64,000 nt of DNA from Candidatus Bathyarchaeota archaeon (GTDB taxonomy: Archaea > Thermoproteota > Bathyarchaeia > Bathyarchaeales > Bathycorpusculaceae): positions 2,048,001 through 2,112,000 of the forward strand of contig OY970176.1 of the NCBI GenBank assembly GCA_963707955.1, given 5' to 3'. The notes beneath the pieces were generated by a model. The model worked only from the letters and a program-made list of their open reading frames with translations. It did no database searches and was not told the origin of the DNA. The position numbers and the translations under genes were made by a program. Positions within the stretch are counted from its first letter, which is position 1. The number at the start of each line of letters is the position of its first letter. Shown piece by piece: positions 19,790-29,769 of the stretch.

Positions 19790-21687
19790 ATGAGCCAAGA
19801 CGTTGAGATTCACCTGATAGCCTACGATGAGGCTTCAGATGTTATACAGAGCGTCGGCTCTAACCTTTCAGTCACTTTCACGAATATTGAAGGGCAAACA
19901 GAGAACTTGGTCTCCACGACTGATGACGCAACTTCCCAGATTGCTGCTGACTATAGCCAGGTTAGCAGTGCTGGGCAGAATCTTCAGAATAGTCAATCAG
20001 CAGTGCAAACTAGTACAACCCAGAGCGCTTTGGCTTTCAACAACTTGGCAACTTCAGGCATGAGCCTCTATATGGCTGTTAACAATATAGAAAATGCCCA
20101 GGTCTCGCTTGACAGAGCGCACCTAATGGTTGAGAAGTCAACGAATGCTGTAACCTCAGCCCAGAACGCGTATAATACGGCAGTTACGAAGTACGGGCCC
20201 AACAGCAAAGAAACCCAGGACGCGCTTGCTAAGCTAAGTACTGCGCAAGACGCTTTAGTCGTTGCTCAAGAACGCGCTGATGAAGCTCAGAGAAACTACA
20301 ACAACACAATAGCCTTCAGCGCCATGACCATTATCCCTAGCTTAATCACTGCTTTTACAAGTATAACAAAAATCGGCCCGGCAGTAACAGCGGCCACTGA
20401 CGCAATGAGTGGAGCATTAGACTTTCTCGCGGCCAACCCTATCGTGCTCGTTATAGTTGTGATCGCTGCCCTTATTATGGGCCTTATCTGGGCTTATGAA
20501 AACTGTGCGCCTTTCAGAAATGCTATAAACGAGATTGGCTCAGCCCTCAGCGGCGCTTTCATGACTGCAGTGAATGCTGTTCGTGACGCTCTAACGTGGC
20601 TCTGGCAGAATGTCTTGGCACCTATTGGAAACTTCATCGAAGCAGTATTCATTGCTGACGTCAGAAACCTGACAGAATTTTGGAATGCTTTAGGCGCAAC
20701 ATGGAATTATGTCTGCTCAGGAATCAGCAGCTTCTGGGATAGTTACGTTAAGCCTGTAGTTGACTTCATTGTTGGCGTCTTCGTCTCTAGCTTAAAGAAT
20801 CTTATGTCTGTTTTGGACGATGTTAAAGGCGTTTGGGATGCGCTCTGCAGCGGGATAAGCTCAATATGGAACGCTACTGTAGGGCCTATCATCGCAGCCA
20901 TTACGTCATTTGCAGACACGATCCATGGAATCTTTGAGACGCTCTTTGGCTGGATTGTTGGCGGTCTCGATCTGGCGAGACTTGTGCGGTGGCTTAGTCT
21001 CAATCTGGAATGATGTTATTGGACCGCTAATCGGCATAATTCAGGGTTTCGTAAGTGACATCGAAGGATTCTTCAGCGGCTTAGCTTCAACGCTTGGCGG
21101 AATCTGGAACGGCATAGTCGGCGGAGTGCAGTCAGCAGTCAAAGATACGGGCTCAGCAGTGAGCACAGTTAGTAGTACTATAAGTTCTATTGGATCGGCC
21201 GTAACTAATGCTGCACGTACAGTTGCCTCAGGAATGGGGTCAGTTGCGAGCAGCGTCGGCGGCGCGCTGAATACAAGCTGGCTCAGCGATAAGCAACTTC
21301 ATAGGCTCAATCTGCTTTGCGCACGCACTTGAGAACGCAGCGAATGCAAGCAAAGCCACGATGAGTAGTTGGGTCAGCATGATTCAGGATACCATGAATA
21401 AAGGGCTTGAGAGTATCAAGAACTTTGGTACGCAGGCTGGACTCGCTAGTGGTCTTGGAGCTGGAGGAACTGCTTCTCCTATAAGTGGAATAGCTGCTGC
21501 AGGCGCCAGCAAAGCACCCGTTATCAACATTACTGCACCGCTTGTGCAGGTTCAGGGCAACCCGCACAAGGAAGATGCGAAGTATATCGCTGACCTTGTA
21601 CAGCAGTGCCTCAAAGACGTGATAATTGAGCCGACAAGTGGGGGAGCGCAAACGCGAAAGAGAGTTCGCCTTGGGTATGGTCAGTGA
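19790..21687 (+). pseudogene. tape measure protein interrupted by two +1 frameshifts (about 631 aa if restored)
   Basis: Three ORFs in successive frames. Ala/Ser-rich with periodic Trp. Removing single bases near 20966 and 21276 gives WIVGGSIWRDL and NTAGSAISNF. Confidence 0.8.
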
Positions 21688-21705
21688 TAAAAAGAGGCGA
21701 GAAAG

Positions 21706-22740
21706 ATGCTGTTGTGTGAACAAGAAAGAAACTTAGCTGCAGAGAAAAGTCTCATCAATGACCCTACTTCATATCAGACAAGCTCAACAAGTCTTGTGAC
21801 GATACACGATTACGGTAATATCACTGTCCCAGCGGGCGGAAGCTTAGTTATCTTCAGCGCTGACTCTTTATGTAGTCTTACAGCCGGGATTAGCGGAGTT
21901 ATCGCGATCCAGGTTGGCAGCCTCATGTATGCCGCAGGCTATTGCTTTGACGCTAACAGCGGGCCTGCTAACACAATTGGAACTAAGCATCTCAGCTCCT
22001 TAATCTGGCTCCCAGCAGGAACATATGACGTTTCAGTCGTGGGCCTCACTGCTGTAGCCTTAAGCGTAGGAAACATGAAAGTTGGACTCGTCAATTTCAA
22101 TGATGTTCAGCCGTCAGCACTAGCATACTACACGAGCGCGACAAACTCGATACAGCTAACAGTTCCAAATCGTACCCTCCCAGTTGGAAGCTTGAACCAA
22201 GCAGTGTTCGCAATCAATATCTGTACAAGTGGGACTTTAGGATCAACTTTCAACCTTACTGTTGACGGCGTAGCTCATACTGATATGGATGAAATTAGTG
22301 GCGTTTCAGGAACTGAGCCGATTAACGGGTATTACATTTACAAGCTTTACATTCCGCTTTCTGTCGGCGTTCAGCATACTGTTGCCTTCACGTTGTCAAG
22401 CGGAGCTGTCGCTTACGTCTCCGTTGTCGCGTGCCCGTGGATACTGGCTGCTGCAGGAAGAGGCCACCAACCCTTCTTGTTGAGTTTCTCACAGTTAAGC
22501 ACTTTCTACATAAATATTGGGAGCCTCTTCGCTGACGGAACAAAAAACTGTTACATAGGCATATCTAAAAGCATTTCATACGGGGCAAGCGATTATTATG
22601 CTTCAGGAACAGTCCTCGGCGGGGTTCTTTCTTTCAGTTACACTTTCACTTCCTTAAACGTGATAATCGCATCCTTAACAATGGACTCATCAATTCTTCT
22701 CGGCGCATGCGTGGAAAATATCGGAGTGGACATTCAGTGA
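21706..22740 (+). CDS. minor tail/baseplate protein
   Basis: After TMP; S/T/G-rich beta composition. Confidence 0.6.
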   Translation: MLLCEQERNLAAEKSLINDPTSYQTSSTSLVTIHDYGNITVPAGGSLVIFSADSLCSLTAGISGVIAIQVGSLMYAAGYCFDANSGPANTIGTKHLSSLIWLPAGTYDVSVVGLTAVALSVGNMKVGLVNFNDVQPSALAYYTSATNSIQLTVPNRTLPVGSLNQAVFAINICTSGTLGSTFNLTVDGVAHTDMDEISGVSGTEPINGYYIYKLYIPLSVGVQHTVAFTLSSGAVAYVSVVACPWILAAAGRGHQPFLLSFSQLSTFYINIGSLFADGTKNCYIGISKSISYGASDYYASGTVLGGVLSFSYTFTSLNVIIASLTMDSSILLGACVENIGVDIQ

Positions 22741-24269
22741 GCGTCTATAAAAACACTCCTCCGCCACTTGTAGACTCATCAGTCTTGAACATAGTTAAGA
22801 GATACATGGCTCCTGAAAAAGTAGCAGGATACATAATATTGATAGACCCAGATTCAGGAACATATCAAGGAATTAACGGTCACACAGGAGCAACAGACTT
22901 CGGCGGACCGTCAAACGCTGGAGGAATATGGGGAAATGACGTTGGCCAGCTCTTGCAGGCCTGCCTGAAGGCAGCTCCTGGAAAGAAAGTCTTCATCAAA
23001 AATGGCGTTTACTATGCTATTACGTGCATCTCAGGCGTTAATCAGGCTGATTTGATAATTGAAGGAGAAGAGATGGGCGCCTTCGACAACTTCAAAGAAG
23101 GCACAACATTAATCTTCAACGGCTCTGCAGGGAAAGTGTTTATTGATGGCTTAGGCTGCCGAAACGTAACGCTTAGAAACATCAAAATCAAGAATCAAAG
23201 CTCAGTTAGCAACCTCATAGGCGTAAGAGTGGGCGATAACACAAACTCTGCAAATAAGACAAAATGTAGCAGCTGGCTTGACGTTGTCATTGACAGCTTC
23301 CCAAACGGGCTCCAAGGCGCTACATATGGACCCGATGACTCAACATTCATAAACTGCTACTTCGGAAACTCATCCATAGTTGCCGTCAATAATCTAAGTA
23401 GCCAGTGCAAGTTTCTCGGCGGCACATTTTACAGCAGTGCAATAGGCTATCAATTTGGTAGAGCTGCTGGTGCAAGTGCGGCTGATTCTGGTGCAGAGTT
23501 CTATGGTACAGTCTTCAGTGGCTGCGCAGTACCATTTGAGATCATAGGCGGCCAGAACATGAATGTTCTCTACTGTGCTGGAGTATGGGTAGAGAATGCA
23601 AACACAATGATACTGAGAGTAACAAATGCCTCAACAGGAATCTACATCGGCTCAATAATCTTTGATGGATGCACGATGACGACTAACAGCACCACATTCT
23701 TCGACCTGAGTGGCAGAAACCTAACTCTTGAAGTTCGCGGCGGCACGCTATATCCGACGAACCTTACAGGAGCCAACATCATAACAAATGGCCAATATGG
23801 TACTGTTCAAAAAGTCAGAATAAGCCACGTCATAGGAAATAACCTAGTCACGTTTGTCGATTCAAACTCTGGCCTCAGAGGCTTTGACAGGGCAATAGTC
23901 CCGCTAGTAGACGACAGCTTTGGATACGGGTACATCCCAGCAGTAGGAACAACTTATTCTCCTTACACCCAAGCCCACCCATTGCCTAATGAACAGTTTG
24001 AAGTTGTTAAAGCAACCATAATCTATAGGTGGAATCCCGGCTCTGCATCTGGCAAAGTCAGATTGGAATGGTCTGTTGGTGGGGTTGCTACGGGATTTGG
24101 AGAATGTGCTCCAGCAGATGGTTCTGGCAGTAACAGGTATGACAAGATAGATGTTAGTAACTTTGTAAGGAACTATACTGGTGATTTGGGAGATGTGAAT
24201 CTGCAAGTTGCAGATGATGGGACACACCCTGTTATCCTCTTCTTGGCATGGTTAGTCTATGAATATTGA
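22737..24269 (+). CDS. tail spike with right-handed beta-helix (pectate-lyase-like)
   Basis: LLQACL...KVFIKNGVY...IIEGE N-cap followed by N/G/S-rich rungs. Confidence 0.7.
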   Translation: MSVYKNTPPPLVDSSVLNIVKRYMAPEKVAGYIILIDPDSGTYQGINGHTGATDFGGPSNAGGIWGNDVGQLLQACLKAAPGKKVFIKNGVYYAITCISGVNQADLIIEGEEMGAFDNFKEGTTLIFNGSAGKVFIDGLGCRNVTLRNIKIKNQSSVSNLIGVRVGDNTNSANKTKCSSWLDVVIDSFPNGLQGATYGPDDSTFINCYFGNSSIVAVNNLSSQCKFLGGTFYSSAIGYQFGRAAGASAADSGAEFYGTVFSGCAVPFEIIGGQNMNVLYCAGVWVENANTMILRVTNASTGIYIGSIIFDGCTMTTNSTTFFDLSGRNLTLEVRGGTLYPTNLTGANIITNGQYGTVQKVRISHVIGNNLVTFVDSNSGLRGFDRAIVPLVDDSFGYGYIPAVGTTYSPYTQAHPLPNEQFEVVKATIIYRWNPGSASGKVRLEWSVGGVATGFGECAPADGSGSNRYDKIDVSNFVRNYTGDLGDVNLQVADDGTHPVILFLAWLVYEY

Positions 24270-24284
24270 GGAAAGTGACTGTAT

Positions 24285-24731
24285 ATGGGTAGACTAATAG
24301 ACATTGACTTATTTCCATTGATTGATAACACATTCAGCTTAGGTGAAGTTGGCAAGACATGGGCAGGCATCTATGTCCAGAAGCTATACGTCTATAGTCA
24401 ACTTATCGTGTCAGGTACTGTTGGGAGCAACCTTACTCCAACTTCTGATAACAGTTATGATCTAGGTCTTGACAGTCTCAGATGGTCAATGGTACGAGGA
24501 GTCTTAGGCAATTTTGATAGCCTAGGGATTGGCGGAACTGCAGTTATCACTAGTGGTAGAGTTCTTGAAAACGTCAGCATAGATGCGGGTCTAATTACAA
24601 GCGGCGTATTCAGTACAAGTAGAATACCTGTCTTGGACAGTTCAAAGATGACGGGAGCATCAGGTTCATTCACGACTGTTGATGGGAAGACTGTTACAGT
24701 AACAAATGGAATAATCACGAGTATAGCTTAG
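24285..24731 (+). CDS. tail fibre-like protein
   Basis: P..DN.YDLG..SLRW-type repeats; GSFTTVDGKTVTVTNGIIT C-terminus. Confidence 0.6.
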   Translation: MGRLIDIDLFPLIDNTFSLGEVGKTWAGIYVQKLYVYSQLIVSGTVGSNLTPTSDNSYDLGLDSLRWSMVRGVLGNFDSLGIGGTAVITSGRVLENVSIDAGLITSGVFSTSRIPVLDSSKMTGASGSFTTVDGKTVTVTNGIITSIA

Positions 24732-24740
24732 GGTGAGAAT

Positions 24741-25124
24741 ATGAGCTATCAAGTTTCAGCAGGAACAGCAGCTCTCATAGTCATCGATTGGCAGGAGATT
24801 GCGACAAGCGCGTTCACAGAGACTGACAGTTGGAAAGTCAGCGCAGGCATCGGCTATTACGTGCATCCGACACGAGTTTACGGCAAGTATCACCAGTACG
24901 CGCTTACATGTATCGAGCAGGGCGTTACGTGGGCAAACAGTGCAGTTCCATACTTGTTCGGGATCCAAAGCGCTGGGACAGCAATTCTTCTCCAGTGCAA
25001 CCATCCTTTTAGGCCGCTCAACGTTAGCGTTGTCGTTGCAAAATGCACGATGAACCCGCCGTTCGAGGCAGGACAAAACATTCGCAAATTCATCGTAGAC
25101 TTCAGAGAATACATCACGCCATAA
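24741..25124 (+). CDS. putative tail-tip protein
   Basis: Position; 127 aa. Confidence 0.45.
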   Translation: MSYQVSAGTAALIVIDWQEIATSAFTETDSWKVSAGIGYYVHPTRVYGKYHQYALTCIEQGVTWANSAVPYLFGIQSAGTAILLQCNHPFRPLNVSVVVAKCTMNPPFEAGQNIRKFIVDFREYITP

Positions 25125-25138
25125 GAGAGGTATAAAAG

Positions 25139-25360
25139 ATGAGCACATGGGGCGGCGAAGCAACTCAGCAAGCGATTCTCAGCGCCATAACTAGCGCTCC
25201 GCCTGGGTTTCCTGTAGCACGCGTTAACAAGATCGCGTTCAGCTACAACGCAGACGGAAGCATCAACACGATTCAGTTCTTTGACGTGAACAATAATCTT
25301 CTGTTCACGCTAACTTTCGCTTACAGCGCTGGCAGCGTTCTTAGCATAACGAGAAGCTGA
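25139..25360 (+). CDS. small virion protein
   Basis: FSYNADGSINTI...LTFAYS beta-hairpin pattern. Confidence 0.5.
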   Translation: MSTWGGEATQQAILSAITSAPPGFPVARVNKIAFSYNADGSINTIQFFDVNNNLLFTLTFAYSAGSVLSITRS

Positions 25361-25364
25361 TAAC

Positions 25365-26810
25365 ATGGTTGGGACATGGACTTATGATCCCGTTAATAAC
25401 ATCATAACCGTAACTGGCGGCACTTCTGGCGCTCCAGTTGGGTTTATTGACGCTTGGAACGCAGATAAAGCTGGGACCCGCACTCTCTTAGCGACAATAG
25501 CATGTGGCTCTGGAATGTCTCTAACGACGCCGGTAAAGCCTACAGATAAACTTGCATTGAAACTAACTTTCGTCGTCTCGGGTTTCTCAGTTGCTGGAGT
25601 CATCTCGGTTAACGGGTTGGACGCGTGGGGAAACGCAATCTCTGAGAATATCACGGTAAACGCGAACGGCAGCTATACGACAACACTGTACTATTCCTCT
25701 ATCAACGCTGCTGGAATCAGTTGCACGGGCACGTACAGCATAAGCGTAACTCAGCCGCAGTGGGGCGTCGTCTGGAAGCGAAGCACAAACTCATTCCTGT
25801 TTGACTGTGGAATCGTATTCGGTGATGGAACAACAGCAACAGTCTTCACAGACTATGCTAAGCAGATAACTTTCTCGGCAACAGCCATAAGCGCAAACGG
25901 CAAGAACTGGATTGCTGATACAGCTAATGCAACGATTACGTTTGGACAGTGCGCTGATACAAGCAAGAAAACAACATATAACGGGATCACGTTTAGCATC
26001 TTAGACGCAGCACATTATGGCTATTTAGGAACTAGCTCAGTTGCAGTCGCATACTTTTACAGTTGCGAGTTCTGGTCAGCAGGAGGATCACTATTCATCC
26101 GTGGAACGAGAATATGGAACTGCCTTCTCGACAGCAACAGCGACCTGAATCAAGTAAACAGCGGCGGAGACATCGACACAATCGTAGCGACAAACGCATA
26201 CCGTGGAGTGCGCTGTTATGCTGGAGTTTCGATCGCGCGAGTTTTCCTTATCGGCTGCACATATGGCATCTTTGCTGGCGGAAGTGCAGGACCATACACA
26301 ATTTCAAATCCTTACACACGATATTGTTCAAATACGCTTTACTTGAGCTATCTTGTTTCAGACCTCTACCTCGTCAACTGGGACAGCGATACTTACGCTT
26401 GCGCTGGCGACCATTCCACCGGAACTGTTTATCGACAGTACACACTTGATCTGCTCGTAACCGACAAGGCAGGCAACCCAATCTCAGGCGCAACCGTCAC
26501 AGTCACAGATGTAAATGGAACGCTGGTCTTTTCCGTTACAACTCAAGCAGACGGGACAATAGTTACCCAGACGATAACTCGCATCACGTACGGCGGGACC
26601 AATGGCGGCACAGTTACAGACTACGCTCCGCATGCCCTGACCATAATCAAGGCGGGATACCAGACATACGTGAAAACCTTCGTGCTTTCAGCAAAGACGA
26701 GCTGGGAGATTAAGCTCGCAAAGGCCCAAGCCCTACTGTTAGACTCTGGGAATCCCATTGTGAACCTCTCACCAGCAGATCCAGAAAACAAGATGGTGTT
26801 AGCGTTATGA
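25365..26810 (+). CDS. adhesin-like virion protein (beta-helix plus carboxypeptidase-regulatory-like Ig domain)
   Basis: VTDKAGNPISGATVTV...TQADG...IIKAGYQ. Confidence 0.65.
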   Translation: MVGTWTYDPVNNIITVTGGTSGAPVGFIDAWNADKAGTRTLLATIACGSGMSLTTPVKPTDKLALKLTFVVSGFSVAGVISVNGLDAWGNAISENITVNANGSYTTTLYYSSINAAGISCTGTYSISVTQPQWGVVWKRSTNSFLFDCGIVFGDGTTATVFTDYAKQITFSATAISANGKNWIADTANATITFGQCADTSKKTTYNGITFSILDAAHYGYLGTSSVAVAYFYSCEFWSAGGSLFIRGTRIWNCLLDSNSDLNQVNSGGDIDTIVATNAYRGVRCYAGVSIARVFLIGCTYGIFAGGSAGPYTISNPYTRYCSNTLYLSYLVSDLYLVNWDSDTYACAGDHSTGTVYRQYTLDLLVTDKAGNPISGATVTVTDVNGTLVFSVTTQADGTIVTQTITRITYGGTNGGTVTDYAPHALTIIKAGYQTYVKTFVLSAKTSWEIKLAKAQALLLDSGNPIVNLSPADPENKMVLAL

Positions 26811-27196
26811 AAAAGAGAATAGTTGATGAAATCAAAAGTCTGAACCTAGGCGACTTGGTCCTTGTCGAATGGTGCGATGCGAGCACGGGCAAGAGTCTCG
26901 GTTCAGGCAGTAACATTGACGTCCCCGTTGAAAGCTGGGGCATATACTTGGCTGTCTTGGGGGCAAAAGCGAAGCACATCATTCTCGCCCAGAACAATTT
27001 TCGATACGCGGACGGCTTGTACGACCTCGACTATACGGCCATACCGCTCCACTGGAGCGTAAGCGTAACGGTTCTCGAGAAGAATCATGTGCGGCTAAAA
27101 GAAGCGCAGGAGATGCTTAACAGCTTCCTCACGGGTGGACGTAGAACTCTAGGCCAGAAGAAGCAGCAGCGAAGGGTGCTGAATCATCATGCCTGA
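26807..27196 (+). CDS. hypothetical protein (SH3/Sm-like fold possible)
   Basis: GDLVLVEWCDA...SWG...IILAQ...AIP. Confidence 0.6.
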   Translation: MKKRIVDEIKSLNLGDLVLVEWCDASTGKSLGSGSNIDVPVESWGIYLAVLGAKAKHIILAQNNFRYADGLYDLDYTAIPLHWSVSVTVLEKNHVRLKEAQEMLNSFLTGGRRTLGQKKQQRRVLNHHA

Positions 27197-27440
27197 CTGG
27201 GTGAAAAGGGCTCTCACAAGTAAGCGTTGTAAAAGAGGGCCCAGACGCTTTGACATTGTCGAGGAGCCAAATGAGAAGCTTGTTTACACCGTCAAATTTG
27301 CACTTGGCATGACAGGCTTCTTGTCAGGCGTTGAGGTTACAAACATCATTGTTCTGCACGTTTGGAACAGTGAGGTCTTCGCTGCAATCACCGGCTTAAT
27401 CGGCACGGTCACAGGCGTTCTAATCGGGCAAAGAGCTTAG
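27189..27440 (+). CDS. small 2-TM protein (holin-like)
   Basis: Basic N-terminus, two hydrophobic helices, end of tail module. Confidence 0.5.
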   Translation: MPDWVKRALTSKRCKRGPRRFDIVEEPNEKLVYTVKFALGMTGFLSGVEVTNIIVLHVWNSEVFAAITGLIGTVTGVLIGQRA

Positions 27441-27486
27441 CGCCCAATCGCTTTTTCAGCATTTAACTTTGGAGTCAGTGGATACC

Positions 27487-28920
27487 ATGCGAAGACACGA
27501 GTTCTTCCACATCAGAAAGTTCCGCAGAACTTACGACCGGGCCCGGAACACGTTTTCCTTCAACATTTCGTATAACACAGCGGTAGCCTTAACGCCCAGA
27601 ACCACGTCTGTCGCTGAAGCGTTTGGACTCGGCGTTGACGAGGAGCACACGTTCACCGTCCTGGATGCCGAGATGAAAATAAACCCCGCAGACATCGTGT
27701 ACATAACAGGCGACTCTGGCAGCGGAAAGAGCGTCCTATTGCGAGCCATTAAGAAGGACCTCGGAGACATTGCAGTCGACGTCGCGGACATCCAGGTCCG
27801 TCGAGATAAGCCGCTGATCGAGACAGTTGGTAAGACGGTTGAAGAGGGTCTTGAGCTGCTGGCTAAGGTGGGCCTGGGCGACGCTTTCCTTTTTCTTCGG
27901 TCCTACGACCAGCTCAGCGACGGGCAAAAGTACAGGTATCGCCTGGCCAAGCTTGTTGAAAGCGATAAGCAGTGGTGGATCCTCGACGAGTTTGCGGCTA
28001 CCTTGGACCGAGACACGGCGAAGATCGTGGCTTTCAACCTTCAGAAACTTGCACGCCAACAGGGCAAAGCAGTGTTAGCAGCGACTACACACATGGACCT
28101 GTTTGAAGACTTGCATCCAAGCGTCCACGTTCACAAAAGGTTTGGGAAAGAGATCACCATCAAATACTTCCCAAACGGCCCTGCCACAGAGTGCACTTTG
28201 GTCAAGGAAATGCGCGTTGAAGAGGGTTCTACGGAAGATTGGCGGGCCTTGGCAGGCTTTCACTACCGAAGTCACAGAATAAGCGCGCCGCGCAAGATTT
28301 TCTGTTTGAAGCGTGGCGATGAGCTCTGCGGGGTGATCGTTTACTGTTATCCGCCTTCTGCAAGCTTTGGGCGAAGGATTGTCCTTTCAAGAATGAGCAT
28401 GCGGGAACTGAATGAGAAGCTGAGTGTCATCAGCAGGGTTGTTGTCCATCCAAAGTATAGAACGGTCGGCTTAGGTGTTAAGCTTGTAAGGGAGACGTTA
28501 GCCCTTGCTGGAACAGACTATGTTGAAATGTCAGCCGTCATGGCAAAGTATAACCCGTTTGCGGAAAAGGCCGGAATGAAGAGAATAGTGGAACAACACC
28601 CGCCAAAAGAAGCTGAAAAGATCATGGATGTTCTTGAAGGCCTCGGGTTTAACACTCAACTGCTCGGCAGCACAAACCACGTGTTGAAGACGCTTCAAGC
28701 GCTCAACGAAGAGGGCGTAGCGAAAATAAGAGAAACCTTAGCCACGCAGCGGCATCCACGCTTTCTGAAGAGTTTCTCTAATGACCTTCCTTTTGGCACG
28801 AGAGATGCTTATCAGAAGGAAATAGCGAACGCAAGCCTGGAGAAGCTTGCAAGCCTGATCAAAATCTGCGGCTTTCTGATGCAGACGAAGGTCTATCTGT
28901 TCTGGCAAAAAGAAAAGTGA
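27487..28920 (+). CDS. ABC-type ATPase fused to GNAT acetyltransferase (COG2401-like)
   Basis: GDSGSGKS, LSDGQ, WILDEF, TTH; GNAT HYRSH and RVVVHPKYRTVGLG. Confidence 0.88.
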   Translation: MRRHEFFHIRKFRRTYDRARNTFSFNISYNTAVALTPRTTSVAEAFGLGVDEEHTFTVLDAEMKINPADIVYITGDSGSGKSVLLRAIKKDLGDIAVDVADIQVRRDKPLIETVGKTVEEGLELLAKVGLGDAFLFLRSYDQLSDGQKYRYRLAKLVESDKQWWILDEFAATLDRDTAKIVAFNLQKLARQQGKAVLAATTHMDLFEDLHPSVHVHKRFGKEITIKYFPNGPATECTLVKEMRVEEGSTEDWRALAGFHYRSHRISAPRKIFCLKRGDELCGVIVYCYPPSASFGRRIVLSRMSMRELNEKLSVISRVVVHPKYRTVGLGVKLVRETLALAGTDYVEMSAVMAKYNPFAEKAGMKRIVEQHPPKEAEKIMDVLEGLGFNTQLLGSTNHVLKTLQALNEEGVAKIRETLATQRHPRFLKSFSNDLPFGTRDAYQKEIANASLEKLASLIKICGFLMQTKVYLFWQKEK

Positions 28921-28976
28921 AGAGCGCGCGCTTCCACTTTTACGTGCAAGAATAGACAAAGGGGGTTGTGCGGGAG

Positions 28977-29002
28977 AAAACCCCGCCAAATAGCGGGTTT
29001 TT
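28977..29002. terminator. hairpin with flanking A/T tracts (possibly bidirectional)
   Basis: AAAACCCCGC-CAAATA-GCGGGTTTTT between convergent genes. Confidence 0.45.
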
Positions 29003-29068
29003 GCAACATTACTGATATACCGAGTGAATTAAATTAATCAGTTGATTAAACGACAAAATCCCTCTTAC

Positions 29069-29284
29069 CTATTCCATCACAGGCTCCAAACTCTTAATCA
29101 TCATTAAGACTCCAAAAAAGCCAATTATCCCGCCCGCTATTATAAGCAATAAATCTAAGACTTCTTGTGTACCTTGGGACAGAACGCTTTTAGGGTTGAA
29201 CTGAACACTTGTTCCCATAAATAGCGCGCCAATGATTAGAAGAATCAGACCAACAAGAAAGACACCTTTTCTCATAAAATACAC
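29069..29284 (-). CDS. small 2-TM membrane protein
   Basis: Two hydrophobic helices. Confidence 0.55.
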   Translation of the reverse strand: MYFMRKGVFLVGLILLIIGALFMGTSVQFNPKSVLSQGTQEVLDLLLIIAGGIIGFFGVLMMIKSLEPVME

Positions 29285-29428
29285 TTAGTTCGACTATTCT
29301 TGACGGGTTAATAAATTCTCTTCTTTTGATAGTTATTTTGATATTCTCGCATTTCTTTATATTCTTTGGTCATTTTCAATCACCAAAACAAAAAAAAAAA
29401 GAGAAATATGAGAAAGGAAAACTTGGAC

Positions 29429-29663
29429 TTACGGTGGTGGTGGAGTTTGAGGTATTTTCTTTTCTAGCCTAACTATGAAACCGATTGCTCCCAGCACCCC
29501 GAAACCAAAACCCAAATAGAGGAACCCCATAGTGAAAAAAGCTTGCGTGCTAAGAAATGGGTTGTTTGCAGAAGGAATATTGCTTCTTTACAAACCAATC
29601 AAGACGATACCAATTACGAGCCAAACAACCACTACGACAAGAAGCCTGATGTGAATCCTTCAT
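29429..29663 (-). pseudogene. degraded 2-TM membrane protein gene
   Basis: Frame reads RLLVVVVVWLVIGIVLIGL*RSN...GFLYLGFGFGVLGAIGFIVRLEKKIPQTPPPP* with an internal TAA. Confidence 0.45.
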
Positions 29664-29717
29664 AGATTCAACCCATAGTTACTAGGGTTCAACCAACTTA
29701 TATTATTTTACCTCTCA

Positions 29718-29769
29718 AGAAATCTTAAATCTGCACAGCAACACAAGACAAACTAGAGGTTCGAAAATG
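29718..29769 (+). repeat. promoter/RBS repeat A, copy 1 (copy 2 at 31899-31950; partial copy at 31290-31312)
   Basis: 47/52 identity between full copies; contains CTTAAAT and GAGGT...ATG. Confidence 0.8.

Larger units (their letters stand above)
6544..28920 (+). mobile_element. Caudoviricetes-type (siphovirus-like) head-tail morphogenesis cluster; provirus or GTA-like. The whole element probably spans about 4.3-39 kb.
   Basis: Co-oriented terL-portal-MuF-protease-decoration-MCP-neck-tube-TAC-TMP-RBP order. Confidence 0.9.

Noticed and set aside
21706-28920. Diversity-generating retroelement or invertible tail-fibre shufflon
   Set aside because: No reverse transcriptase, TR/VR pair or invertase seen
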